Shown: positions 23,990-37,039 of the stretch, piece by piece | Numbering within the stretch: position 1 is the stretch's first letter | How the letters are laid out: the number at the start of each line of letters is the position of its first letter | Assembly (NCBI GenBank): GCA_030324005.1 | Contig: JARDVH010000025.1 | Coordinates: forward strand, 83,635,521-83,699,520 | From: Negaprion brevirostris | Lineage: Eukaryota | Direction: 5' to 3' | DNA: 64,000 nucleotides | Notes under the pieces: model-generated | What the model was told of the DNA's origin: nothing | Seen by the model: only the letters and a program-made list of their open reading frames with translations | The model's database searches: none | Program-made: the position numbers and the translations under genes

Positions 23990-24040
23990 GGTTGAAGTCA
24001 TTAGGTTACATTTTGGCTTCATTTGAAGCAATTTTTAGAA

Positions 24041-24242
24041 GTGGCATCTGGGCCTTTTGCTAAGATGCAAATTAGATCAAGCCTTGGGGGAGGAGCCAAG
24101 GCTACTCCAATCAGCTCGGATCACGTAAATCAAACCCAAGAGAGGAGGTGAGAGCCCTGTCTCGTCCGCTTGGATCGGTAATGTCTCAACTTGTTGAGAC
24201 TCTGAATTGGACTTGATTTGATTGAATTGGGATAAAAAAAAA
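24041..24242 (+). mobile_element. U2-headed SINE-like element (~200 nt, A-tailed)
   Basis: Head GTGGCATCTGGGCCTTTTGCTAAGAT...AGATCAAG resembles U2 nt 1-31; structured body; ends GGGATAAAAAAAAA. Confidence 0.7.
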
Positions 24243-25292
24243 CCAAATCAAACCACGTGAGGGACAAAAGAGGCTACCCCTTAAAGGGATAATGCTTTCA
24301 ACAAAACTAAATCATAAATAAAACTTAAAACATCAAACTAAAATTTGGTCAGGCAAGAGGGTCAATTGATATCCTGCTTACCAAAATGAGTGTACTACTT
24401 CATGAGCCTTAACTTTGAATCAACACAGTCCTGTTACTGTTGAAGCATATGTCAGCTAAGGCGAGAATTTGAATTTATACTGTCTGATTAAGAGTCAAAT
24501 GATGAGCTTGTGAAGTAGAGATTGTGTTGAAGTCTTAGTGTGGAATAAGTATGGCATCAAATATGCTATTAGCATGTTACAAGTGATCTCAGCCATTCTG
24601 TAACTTTCTTCCATTATTGACGATTTTGTGTAACTGCTGGGAAGTGGAACCAAACTTCATCCACTTAAAATTTGCATTCATAATGAGAATGTGCTGTCAA
24701 ACTTGGAAATGGAGATCAAAACGGTACCAAAGGAAGAAGATGCTGTCCTTGACCGTTCCCCAGCAACATTTGACAGCTTGGCATTGTCCTGACTGAACAA
24801 GTTATTTTCACAGCATCTTAGCAAGTTAACAACATTCACAAGATACAGAAAGCAAAAGTACTTTACAATGTTGGGATGAGGATCATTGGTTTAAATTTCC
24901 CTGTACAGAAGAACTAGATCCTGAAGAATTTAGACTGTTTCACAGATGTGGATTTGAACCCTAAGGTAAGCAAACTAAACTGTTTCATATGTCTTTTCTT
25001 AAAATTTGATGGAAGTTGAGCTTATGTAATCAGCTAGGAATTCTCTCCTAAGGCAACTTCTTGGGCTATTTTTGTTCACAAACCATTCTATAGTCACAGA
25101 GAACATGTGTTAGTCTATTTTAAAGTGTCACTGTGGTAATTTAAACCGATTCTTTTGCAAATATAATATTGCCGATTGCTTTTGAAGTTCTTTCCTCAGT
25201 TCACTATTATTAAACATAAATCTGGACTGAGTAATGGAGCAACAATGCCATCAGCTGAGTCGAACAAAGCCTCTCAAACATGGGCACAACAA

Positions 25293-25570
25293 GGGGATGC
25301 AATGGCTTGGTGGTATTATTGATTCAGAAACTCAGCTAATGTTCTGGGGACCTGGGTTCAAATGCCATCAAATCCCATAAATTGAATTTATTGAATTCAA
25401 TAAAAAAATCTGGAATTAAGAAACTAGTGATGACTATTGCCCATTGTTAGAAAAACCCATCTGGTTCACTAATGTCCTTTAGGGAAGAAAATTTGCCATC
25501 CTTACCTGGTCTGGCCTACATGTGAATCTAGAGCCACAACAATGTGGTTGACTCTGAACTGCTCTCTGGA
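25293..25570 (+). mobile_element. tRNA-head SINE with CR1-like tail (second SINE family)
   Basis: B-box GGTTCAAAT; body CCTTACCTGGTCTGGCCTACATGTGA shared with 47175-47460 and 32180-32290. Confidence 0.65.
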
Positions 25571-27915
25571 GGGCACTGTCCACTGACCACCTAGGTACAC
25601 TGGTGGGCAATGCCAGGCTGACACTGTGAGGGTGCCAGGCTGGCACTGCCCAAGCAGCATCCCCCTTGCCCCCACCCTTCCCAGTGGGCCTCAATGGACT
25701 TTGGTTCTACTGGAGAGGCCAGAACGACTGGTCCCTGTTGCTGTGATCCTCGCCAGAGAAAACCTCTCTTGATGAAGCCACAGAGACAAGTGAGCCCAGA
25801 TGACAATGTCCCGGGCTCATTAATTCAGTTCAAAACACATTTAAATACTATTTAAATAAATTATTCAGCCTTGTGCCAGAAGTAGGCATGAGGCTGATTG
25901 CACCAGTTATCTGGTACCGGTAAGATCGCAAGAGGCGAGAAATCAGGTGCAAATCTGATTTCTCAACTCTCTCATTATCTTACCAGTTCACCCCACCCAT
26001 CAGCCGGCGGGCACAGCGGAAATATCACCCCCTTTGGGTTGTGCTGTGCTTTGTGTTGTTCTGCAAAATTCTTCTTCTAAAATAATCTATCCTCTTAAGA
26101 GTGATTCCTCTTAAATCTAGGACATCACATCAGGGCTAGGGGCTCAACCACAATCTGACAACCTCTATTCATATATCCCTTTCTGCACTTTATTAAGTGT
26201 CCTTGAAGTATTCATAACACTTTCTCACTAGGAAATCTTTGTTTGATTTTATTCCACTACATAATTGTACCTTCAGTTCTAGTTTTTTAAAATGCAAAAT
26301 ATGGATTAGAAATGTCATCTTTCACTGACCCAATATCGTACAGATCAGCTAATGTTGTAGAATTTTTTTGTTCTTTAATGAGATGTGAGCATCACAGGCA
26401 AAGCTGGCATTTATTGCTCATTGCCCTTGAGAAGGTGGTGGTAAGCTGCTTTCATGAAAATCTGCAGTCCATCTGGTGGTACAAGTCCACTTACTGTGCT
26501 GTNNNNNNNNNNNNNNNAGGGTTTTTATCTAGCAAAGGAATGACAATATCTAATTCCAAGCCAGGATGGTGAGTTGCTTGGGGTAAGGTGGGTTGGGGGG
26601 AGAATATACAAGTAACCGCTGGACGTTGATGGCTGGGAATTTATTGACAATAATGCCATCAAACGGCAATTGTTACATTCCTCTCAAGAACGAAAGAATG
26701 TTAGAAGTAGGAGCGGAAGACCAGAGGGTCTATTGAGCCTGCTCTGCCTTTCATGGCTGATCTGCAGATTCAGCTTCACTTTTCCCACCTATTCCCCATA
26801 CCTCTTCATCCCAGAGAAACCAAACATCTATCTGAACATTAAATACATACAATGATGGAGCATCCGCAACCTGCTGGGGTAGGGAATTCCAAAGATTCAC
26901 AATCCTTTGAAGGAGTTTCTCCTCATCCCAGACCTAAATGATTGTCCCTTATCCTGAGACTGTGCTCCTTGTTCTTTATTCACAACCAGGGGAAGCAAAT
27001 GGCTGCATTTGACATCCCCCTCCCTCTCAATTGGGTGTGTAAAACAGGTTGTCAACCACCTTCACACCCATCCCTGAGCTCACCCTCATAATATGCTAGG
27101 TGGGCAGGTGCCAAAATTGGCAGCCGACCGGCTATATGTAAATAAATAATCAAGGATCACTTTGGCTTGTTAACAAGCCTATTGACCTGAATAATCCATA
27201 CACTGCCACACCATAGCACATTTGAGATTGGCAGACAGGCAGAAATGGACAGGCCAGTTTTAAAGAACAGCATGAACAAAGGAGGGAAGGAAAGGGGGGC
27301 CTTATTCACCCATCCCACATGATATCACTCCACTTCTTTCCATGCTGCCTGCCTGACAGAACAGAAACCCCCACCCCTCTTCTCCTCTCCCCTCCTTCCC
27401 TGGTCTCTGGGATATCTCCCCACCCTAAAACCCTAAGACTTCTCAGGGCAGCCACGTTCCTCCTCCATCTTCACTCTGCAGGCCTGGCAGCATGTCACTA
27501 CTCTGCTCTGGCACTGCCAGAAGTCATGGAGCTGCCAGCCCACTTGGATTGACTTGACAGCTCCAGATCGTGGGGCTTCTTCCCGAATAAGGGGCATAAG
27601 CCAATGGGGAGGACATCAAATCCAGCCACTTATTTCCCTTGGTTGGGGACTAAAGAACAAGGCACACAATTTCAGGATAAGGTCAGTCATTTACGTCTGG
27701 GATGAGGAGNNNNNNNNNNNNNNNNNNNNNNNNNNNNNNNNNNNNCTATCTCAGGGCAGAAGCGCCACTCCTCCGATTTAGCCCACGCGTAGTGTATTAA
27801 CACTGCAGGGCAGGCTGATGTGGATGAACCAACTTTACTTCCGGGGAGCAGTTTGTCTTTCCATAAAGTGCAGCCCCATGTCTCAGTGCCTATCCTGTTG
27901 AGCCCCTTCACAATC

Positions 27916-28085
27916 ATAGAATCATAAATTCCCTACAATGTCAAAGGAGGCCATTCAGCCCATCGAGCCTGCAATGGCAACAATCCCACCCAGGCCCTAT
28001 CCCGGTAATCCACGTATTTACCCTGCTATTTTCCCTAGGGGTCAATTTAGCATGGCCAATCAACCTAACCTGCACATCTTTGGAT
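27916..28085 (-). mobile_element. HE1-like SINE 3' half inserted in CR1
   Basis: ATCATAGAATCAT tail and CCTAACCTGCACATCTTTGGA shared with the other HE1 copies. Confidence 0.7.
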
Positions 28086-29945
28086 AATCTTGAATGTGCC
28101 AGTGAGATCACCACTCATTCTAAATTTCATAGAATATGGACTCAATTTACTCAACGTCTCATACAACACTGTACCCATCCCAGTGACCAACCTAATGAAC
28201 ATTGGCTTTACTGCTCCATTGCAAGGTATGTCCTTCCTTAAATATGGAGACAACAATTGCATTCAATATTCCAGATGAGGTCTCACCAAAGCCATGTACA
28301 ATTGTAATAAGACTTCCTTATTCTTCGATTCCAATTCCCAAGCATTAAAGGCCAAATGTGCCATTTGCTATCCTAATTGCTTTCATGCTATATTTTTGGA
28401 TGAGTATGCTCAAGTATCTCTGATCTTCTGTAATTACATGTTTAATGCCTTTTAAAAGTATTCTGCATTCTTATTCTCATAACCAAAGTGAATAACCTCA
28501 CACTTCTGCACATTATACTCTGTATGCCACTTTGTTGCCCATTCAACTAACCTGTCTATATTTCTTTGCAGCAACTTTGTGTCTTCCTCACACTTTCCAT
28601 CCCTAGCGTTGTATCATCAGCAAACCTAGATATATTACTCTCTGTCCCTTTGTCTAAATCATGCCATTTATACATTTTAAACAGCTGAGGCGCCAGCACT
28701 GATCCTTGCAACACTCCACTAGCCACAGATTGCCAATCAAAAATGCCCCATTTATCCCTACTGTTTGTTGTCCATTAACCGATCCTCTATCCATGCCAAT
28801 GTAACACCTCCAAGTTCATGGGCCCTCAACTTGTGTAGTCATCTTTTATGGACCAACTTTTCAAATGCCCTTTTGAAAATCAAATATTCTACATTACTAA
28901 CTACATAACTTCCAGGCGAGCAGAAAGCCTTGAATCTATACCCCCCCACCGCCCCCCACTTTTATCTATCTGACGAGGCACATCCCCCAAAACTCTGACA
29001 AATTGGTCAAACAGGATTTCCAGGTTGACTTGTTCTATTCATGCTTTACTTTTGTTTGGGACAGTCATTGCCTGGCACTAGTGTGTTGCTTATGTTCCTT
29101 GCCACTTATCGACCCAAGTCTTAATACTGAACAAGTTTAGTTGCATATTGGCCCATAGTCCTCAGTGTCTGAGTATTGAAAATACTGCTGAACTCTATGC
29201 AATTGTGAATATCCTCAAGTCTGACCTTGTGATGGAGGCAAGGTCATTGATGATGCAATACTCTGAGGAACTCATGCAGCCATGTTTTGGGGCTGAGATC
29301 GTTGGCTGACAATGACCACAATGATCTTCTTCTGTATTAGGTATGACTTGCAACAATTGGAAAGTCTTCTCCCGTATTCCCATGGGCTTCAATATTACAA
29401 AGGCATTTTGATGCCTCATACAATCAAATGCTACCATAACATCAAGAGCAGTTACTCACCTCACCTCTTGAACTCAGTTCTTCTATCCCTATTTGGACCA
29501 AGATCATCATGAGGTCAGGTGCAGCACGGCCCTAGTGGACTCAAAACCACCAGGGCAATGGTGAGCAAATGATAGCTCATAAGTGTTGCTTGATAGTACC
29601 ATCGACCATACCTTTCAATCACTTTGCTGGAAATCGAGAGGAGACAATTGACCAGGTTAGATATGTCTCGTCTTTTGTGGATAGGTGGATAGATGCCAGT
29701 GCTGCAGCTGTACTGGAACAACTTGACTAGGGACACAGCACGTTCTGGAGCTCAAGTCTTCAGTACTTCAGCCAAGATGCTGTCAGAGCCTACAGCCTTT
29801 GCTGTACATTTCTTGATATCACATGGAGTGAATCAAATTGACTGGAGACAGGCACCTTTGATTTTGGAGACCTCAACTGGAGGCCAAGATGGATCATCCA
29901 CTCAGCACTTCTGGCTGAAGATGGTTGCAAATGTTTCAGCCTTCT
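28086..29945 (-). mobile_element. Degenerate CR1 LINE ORF2 fragments (probably two elements)
   Basis: SPYLRKD motif in ORF 28065..28262; IINDLASI and PIHKRRDISN RT-region remnants in ORFs 29195 and 29515. Confidence 0.7.
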
Positions 29946-30244
29946 AAAAAGATATAATATTATTCTGGGTCAACTTTCAGAAGTATGCAAGTCCGCAGGG
30001 TAAACGCATTCCATGCATTGCAGGGCTTTGCTCCCGACTGATTTTAATAAATATATAGTTCATGTACTTTGGGTATGACCTCTTCTACATTTGATCGATG
30101 GCATCCACATGAGCACACCACTAAAGCCTTATTTCTGCCCTTTTCCTTACATTTTTAAAATTTTTTGTCCTCTTAGTATTTATGAGGTTTAGTCAATCTT
30201 ACTCTGTGTCGTATCACTCCCAAAGTTTCTGTTTTTACGCAAAG

Positions 30245-30533
30245 CTCTGCAGATTCGATTCCTGATTTAGGTCACTGTCTGGGTGACATCTGCACATTCT
30301 CCCCATGTCTGTGTGGGTTTCCTCTGGGTGTTCCAGTTTCCTTTCACGGTCCAAAAGGCGTGCTGGTTAGAGTGAATTGACCCGGACAGGCGCCAGTCTA
30401 TGGCGATGAGGGGAATTTCACAGAAGCTTCATTGCAGTGTTAATGTAAGCATTAATGGGGGCAGTTTAGATCGGAGTTGAGGAGGAACTTCTTCACTCAA
30501 AGGGTGGTGAATCTCTGGAATTCTCTGCCCGTT
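30245..30533 (+). mobile_element. V-SINE fragment followed by a CR1 3' fragment
   Basis: GTCTGTGTGGGTTTCCTCTGGGTG V-SINE body, then RRNFFTQRVVNLWNSLP. Confidence 0.7.
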
Positions 30534-31729
30534 NNNNNNNNNNNNNNNNNNNNNNNNNNNNNNNNNNNNNNNNNNNNNNNNNNNNNNNNNNNNNNNNNNN
30601 NNNNNNNNNNNNNNNNNNNNNNNNNNNNNNNNNACCAGGGACGTCCCAATGCTAATGAACCTTATTTAAAACAATCTCCTATATCCTCCCATCTCCAACC
30701 CACTCATGTGTCTGTCTAAGTTACTCTTAAACATCTCCTCCAATAAATACTGCCTTCTATCTACAGAGCCACAGGTAATTAAGTAGGAGTTAAAAATGTG
30801 TATGAGCACATTTCCTTTTATCTTCTTATTGAAGTCCCACTTTTATATCAACATTTGAATTCCCTGCAACAATATCATTGCAGGCTATGGCCAGTAGGTG
30901 GTGATGTGGATTGAGTTTCTGAAGTTTTTCTCCCAACTGAAACTCCATTTTGGATTTGAATACTTCGTCTACTGATTGTGACCACACTTTTAAACTCAAG
31001 TAAATGGAGCTGCCATTTAATGAGTATTTCAAATCACATCATGTGGATTGATATATTGTTAGTTCATAAAGCAGACAGTAATGCAGTAGAGGATGATGTG
31101 GCACTTTGGGATACTAATGTATACATACATATTCCTAAATCATACTGGCATAATATGTTATAAACTCATGATACTACTAACATAATAACAATAACCTCAT
31201 TTGTTGCTAAACGGATACGGTATAAGATGTTTATTTGTAATATAGACTATTAGGTAGCATTTACTCCTGATCAAAAAAGCTAGATGATGGCCTAAAATTC
31301 TTGGCTAAGCAACTGTATTTGAGAAATTGGCAAAATTTGTTTGCAGTCCTTTTTGTAAAAAAATCATTCACATTAATTAGTCCCTCCATCTGACTACGAC
31401 GCTATCTGGAAAAGGTGTTCAGTTTCTTCTTGCCTTGAACCTATTCCTATATTCACAAGTTGTCAGGCTGTGTTTAGTGGGATGCCTCANNNNNNNNNNA
31501 AGTTATGAGTCTGAGGTGATGAATGGGATTTCCTGGCTGTTCCTGCCGGTGGGATCTTCTGGTTCTGCTGAGAATGAGCTCCCAGCACAGGTTCCCCAGT
31601 GGCAGGGAGTACAAACAACAGGAAACTTCACTGACAGCAGTGGGACTGGAAATGACAAGCTGCCTCCGCCACCACAAAACATGCCACGTGGCATGTGGAA
31701 AATCCCACCCACTGTATTAGAAGTTGGTT

Positions 31730-32410
31730 GATGGTAGAGAGCTAGGTGGAAATGTAAGCTTTGAGGAGAACACAAAGAGGTTGCGATGAGAGATAAGTGA
31801 GTGTGTAGCAAAGTGGCAGATAGAATATAATGTGGGCAATGTGAGATTATTCACTTTANNNNNNNNNNNNNNNNNNNNNNNNNNNNNNNNNNNNNNNNNN
31901 NNNNNNNNNNNNNNNNNNNNNNNNNNNNNNNNNNNNNNNNNNNNNNNNNNNNNNNNNNNNNNNNNNNNNNNNNNNNNNNNNNNNNNNNNNNNNNNNNNNN
32001 NNNNNNNNNNNNNNNNNNNNNNNNNNNNNNNNNNNNNNNNNNNNNNNNNNNNNNNNNNNNNNNNNNNNNNNNNNNNNNNNNNNNNNNNNNNNNNNNNNNN
32101 NNNNNNNNNNNNNNNNNNNNNNNNNNNNNNNNNNNNNNNNNNNNNNNNNNNNNNNNNNNNNNNNNNNNNNNNNNNNNNNTACATGTGACTCCAACAATGT
32201 GGTCGACTCCTAACTGCCCGGGGCAACTATGGATGGGCACTAAATGCTGGCCAGCCAGTGTCACCCATGTGACACGAATGAATAAAAAAACTTCTTCAAG
32301 AACATTAAGTTAGCATGCAGATGCAGCAAACAATTGGGAAAGCAATGGGCATGATGGCCTTTATTCCAAAGGGATTGGAATACCAGGATAAGGAAATTTG
32401 TTGGGATTTG
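31730..32410 (+). mobile_element. CR1 fragment interrupted by an N gap and a SINE tail
   Basis: KWQIEYNVG.CEIIHF motif before the gap; A.GMMAFI-type motif after it. Confidence 0.6.
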
Positions 32411-33079
32411 AGTTAGCCACGGAGCAGTGACTGTTGCTGGAGCCCAGACTTGAAGATAAGCGGACCAGTATTGCTCAGGCTATTCAGACAGGTCTCAGTC
32501 TGGCAGCAGGTGGATTGGCAATTGGGAGGCTGGGTGGGAATGGATTAAAATAGAAGTGACCTATTCCGCTGCAGAAGCCCTCCTTTGGATGCAGCATGCC
32601 TCAGACCTTTAGGCGGCTAATTAGTAGCTCTCTCAGGGACCTCAACTGGATCAAGGGCAGGTGGGCATCCTGGCATCTAGCTCTTCATTGATTAAAATAT
32701 CAGTGGAGACAGGCACAAGCACAGCACCCACCCCCTCCNNNNNNNNNNNNNNNNNNNNNNNNNNNNNNNNNNNNNNNNNNNNNNNNNNNNNNNNNNNNNN
32801 NNNNNNNNNNNGGGGAGAGAGTGTTGGTGGGGAGACAAAATTGTGGCCAAAGAGTGAAAAGCAAATGAGCACCAGATTCTCCTTTTTAGTGCTGTGCAAT
32901 AGCTGTTTATGGGAGTGTGAATGTCTACATGTTGGATGTAAGTAGGCTGGGGTTGATCATGATGTTCCTTCTGTCTCCAGGGTCAAATAGACTGTCCCTA
33001 CCTATTGTTCAGGCTCTCACATGGAGAACTGCTTTGTGCTGAGATACATTTGGTGGGCAGAATAAGGAAGTCACTACCT

Positions 33080-33560
33080 CATTTAAATAATGAGAAATTA
33101 ACTCACTCACAGAGTTACGAATCTGTGGAATTCTCTACGCTAGAGTGCAGTGGATATTGAAACACAAATTTAAGGAGATAGATAAGTTTTTAATTAGTGG
33201 CAGGATGAAAGATTATGCAGAACAGCAGGACAGTGGAGTTGAGGCTGAAATGAGATTAGTCATGATTGCACTAAATGGCGAAGCAGGCTCGAGGGGCTGA
33301 ATTGCCTACTCCTGCTCCTTGTTCTTAATAAATGCAAAAGGGAATTAGAGAACCTTCTTTACCCAGAGAATGGTTACAACGTGAACTCCGTATCAGAGAG
33401 AGTAGTTGAGATAATCAGCAGAGATGGAGAAGCTAAATAAGCATTAGAAAGAAAAGGAGATGTTGATGGGGATTAAATGAAGAAGGATGNNNNNNNNNNN
33501 NNNNNNNNNNNNNNNNNNNNNNNNNNNNNNNNNNNNNNNNGGCCTGTTTTTGTGCTATTG
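33080..33560 (+). mobile_element. CR1 3' fragments
   Basis: TQRV.NLWNSL-type motif and GCAGGCTCGAGGGGCTGAATTGCCTACTCCTGCTCC tail. Confidence 0.65.
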
Positions 33561-35202
33561 ATTCTTGGTAATGCCTTGCTGGTGGTTATGGCACATGAAG
33601 TAACCGCACTGAGAAGCAGCAGCAGCAAGAGGAGAAATAAGAAAGTTGACTACTGTGAAAATTGTCAGCTGCAAAAATATTTAACGGGGGAAGTGAAACC
33701 TGTGGAACTCACTGAGATTCTGAGAATTGAGGAAACAGCAACATTGAAAATAAGGTAACTTCCGTTATAACAGTTGATAGTTTTGAAGTGGCCTGAACTT
33801 TATTGATGTGTGTAGAGTCGACAGCTGAGCTATATTGTTTTAAGATTCTGATGGCTTTGTTAATTTGCTCTGACAGTGTATTAGCTCCTGAAATATTTAT
33901 GTGGGGGGTGGGGGGGAGTTGACTGACACATCACTTCATATTCTTCAACCTAGAAGCATTTGTAATCCAAACTATTTGGCAGAATAAAACCCTGAACTTG
34001 GTTTTTGTTGGTACAAAGAATTTATTGGTAAACTACATTGTTTGTAATGAAGATTGTGGATATTGCTAGCCAAACACCTTACATGGGACCATTTAAAGAC
34101 ACTTGCAGAGCCTAATGTCTGCTGATATAATGGCAAATTCTTTTGGGCCATGAAAACTGTGTTTCAGTCCCATGTCACACGAGGCCCAGCCACTTTCTTT
34201 TCAGAGACTCAGGCAGAGAAATAAAACCCGTAGCAGTGAAAAGCACATGACAAAATTACATGTGCTTACGTAGACATCCACCCAGCACCTTTCACAAAAG
34301 CGTGGACAATAGGTGAAGATGCGTTGAACATTTTTCTCCTGTTAATTACAAACTGTGGGTATTCACATGCAGTCCCCTCGTTGCTGGTCAAATTACGACT
34401 TCTACGACCATTAGTAATTTCATTTGGTCAACATATCATTGAAAAGACGACCTTATTTGCTTAAAAGTGCTATATAAATTCAAGTTGTTGTTATAGTGCC
34501 ATTCTTAGCAATGCCAACTCACCATGTTGTGGAATAGCAAGACACACAGTTACTTTCATCTTGAAACACTGAGCCAAGGTATTCCTCCGAATCAAGGAAA
34601 GGATGATTGCAGGCTATCATCATGGACATCTATCTGTGTTTTTCTCAAAACTTAGAAAAAGATTCAAGCCTGCAAACCGATAATTAAATCTGATCTTCAT
34701 AAAAAAGCGAACTGCAATGCGTTATTATCACACAGATGTTTTGTGTATTGAGATGTAAATAATTAAAGTGGATTAAATGAAAAAAAGGCTTTTTAAGAGC
34801 TAACTTAATTAATGTCAGAAATGCACTTGTTGAATTTAATTGCATGGAAACTGTTGGAGATTTCCTCAATGGAAACTTTGCACAAGGAGAAGGTTTTTCT
34901 TTCTAGTCGGATGTACCCATAATTTTTCAGTGGTGAAAACCGTCAACTTGTTTTGGAGCTTCACTTTGAAGCTTGTGACAGGAATTCTTTTTGAGACAGG
35001 CGTACCCTTGATGATAAAGAATGCAGGTGTAGTTATGTCTCCAAAAAGGGGGTTATTAGTGTTTCTAAAACTTCTGAGCAATCATCTTAATATCAATGCC
35101 TCTTAAAGTAGCAGTTTATGTTGTATTTATGAAAGTTGGAAAGAACGGACTAACAGTTGCAGGAAGAAAAGTCTGTGATCTACACTGAGTATCANNNNNN
35201 NN

Positions 35203-35516
35203 CAGTGATTAGCACTGCGGCCTCACAACGCCAGGAACCCGGTTCAATTCTGACCTCGAGTGACTGTGAGGAGTTTGTATGTTCTTCCCACGTTTGCATG
35301 GGTTTCCTCCGGGTGCTCTGGTTTTCTGCCACTGTCCAAAGATGTTCAGGTTAGGTGGATTGGCCATGCTAAATTGCCCCTTAGTGTCCCAAGATGTGTA
35401 GGTTAGAGAATTAGTGGGGTAAATACGTGGGGTTACAGGGATAGGGTCTGGGTAAGATTTTTAAAAAGTGGGTCAGTGCAGACTCAATGGGCCAAACAGA
35501 TTTTATGATTCTATGA
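35203..35516 (+). mobile_element. Near full-length HE1-like V-SINE
   Basis: CAGTGATTAGCACTGCGGCCTCAC, B-box GGTTCAATTC, V-domain body, tail TATGATTCTATGAT. Confidence 0.85.
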
Positions 35517-35919
35517 TCATTAATGCCCTCAAAGAGTCGTTCTTTTTCACAATGCTAATTTCTTTTTGCCAAAGCTACATGAAGATTAAGGAATTGATGA
35601 TAAATAAGCCTGGTCAAATGTTCTTCTGATTGAACCAAGGCAGTAATGATATCTGAAGCCCAGTGGTCCTGGCAGAACCCAGACTTAGTATCAGCCGCAT
35701 ATTGCACAAAAGCAGCTCGATAGCCTTGTTGCTGTCTGCTTCTGTTATTCTTTTAGTGACTGAGAATAAGCTGATCGGATATTAATTGGCAGGTTTGGCA
35801 TTCTCCTGCTTTTATGAACAGGGCATACCTCCATGTGACTACCCATGGACCCCTGTGCCTGTCTGATTTCACTATTTAATACTATTGACCACACGTTGTT
35901 ACGACAGGTCCCAGGGCAA

Positions 35920-36523
35920 AGTCATAGAGGTATACAGCATGGAAAAGGCCCTTTGGCCTATCACATCTACATCAGTCAAAAGCTTCAGCCTAACTATTCT
36001 AATGCCATTTTCCAAAACTTAACCCACAGCCTTGTGTGCCTTGGCATTGCAAATGCACATCTAAATACTTCTCAAATGTTAGAGAGACTTTGCCTCCAAC
36101 ACCCTTTCAGGCAGTGAGTTCCAGACTGCCACCACCCTTTGGCTGAAAAAGTTTTTCCTCGTGTCCTCTCTAAACCTCCTTCCCCTGGCCTTAAATCCAT
36201 GTCCCCTAGTCATTGATCCCTCCACCAAGGGGAAATGTTTCTTCCTGTCTGCTCTATCTATGCCCCACAATTTTATGCATCTCAATCATGTCCTCCCTCA
36301 ATCTCCTCTGCCCCTAGGAAAACAGCCTCTGTCTTTACAATTTCTCTTCATAACTGAAACTCTCCAGCCCAGGCAGCATCTTGATAAATCTCCTCTGAAC
36401 CCTTTCCAGTGCTATCACATCTCTCCTATAATGTGGATTCCAAGATTGCACACAATATTCTAACTGTTGCCAAACCAGTGTTTTATACAGTTCCAGCAAA
36501 ACATCCCTGCTCCTAAACTCCAT
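35920..36523 (-). mobile_element. CR1 LINE 3' fragment
   Basis: ORFs 36335..36523 (LYKTLV..LEYCVQ.W.PHYR.D..ALERVQRRF) and 36079..36285 (TRGHGFK, FFSQRVV..WNSLP). Confidence 0.9.
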
Positions 36524-37039
36524 GGGGGTGATATTACTGACTCACCACGCTGGTCAAGAGGTGAAAAACCAGGTTCAGGCTCGTTTTTTTCGCCTTTCGC
36601 GATATTGTCCAGTTCTGCCAGTGTAGGTGCGAGGCTGATTTAAATATTTATGATCTAATTTTAATATTAGTGAGTTGTGGACACAATTGTCTTATTGACC
36701 TTGCTGGTGGAAGTCTTCACTGATGAAGGTCGCGTCTGGTCCCCACCAACAAGGATGTGACGTGACGATCTCACCAGGGGGGAATTGAAGACCATTGAGG
36801 CCCCCCGCCAAGAAGCTGGAAGCAGGGGTGGGCAGTGCCAGCCTGGCAACCTGGCACTTATGACTGGGCACCATAGCACTGCCTCCAAAGGGACAGAGCC
36901 TAAGGAAGGGATGGGGCCTGAAGGGCGTGGGCCCATGTCAGGGAGGCAGGGCATGAGGAGCTTCATAGGGGAGGGTATCCTGCATCGGGGTGGCGATAGG
37001 CGAGAGAAATTGTGACATTATTTCAGATAATCATTTATG

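Noticed and set aside
23765-24080. Functional U2 snRNA gene
   Set aside because: Only the first ~18-47 nt are present in each fragment; no Sm site or 3' stem-loops, and the branch-point pairing sequence is mutated (GCAGTA).
24814-24971. Exon-like segment ending at a strong donor AAG|GTAAGC
   Set aside because: All three frames from the upstream CAG hit stops and no homology is recognisable; a lncRNA exon cannot be supported without RNA data.
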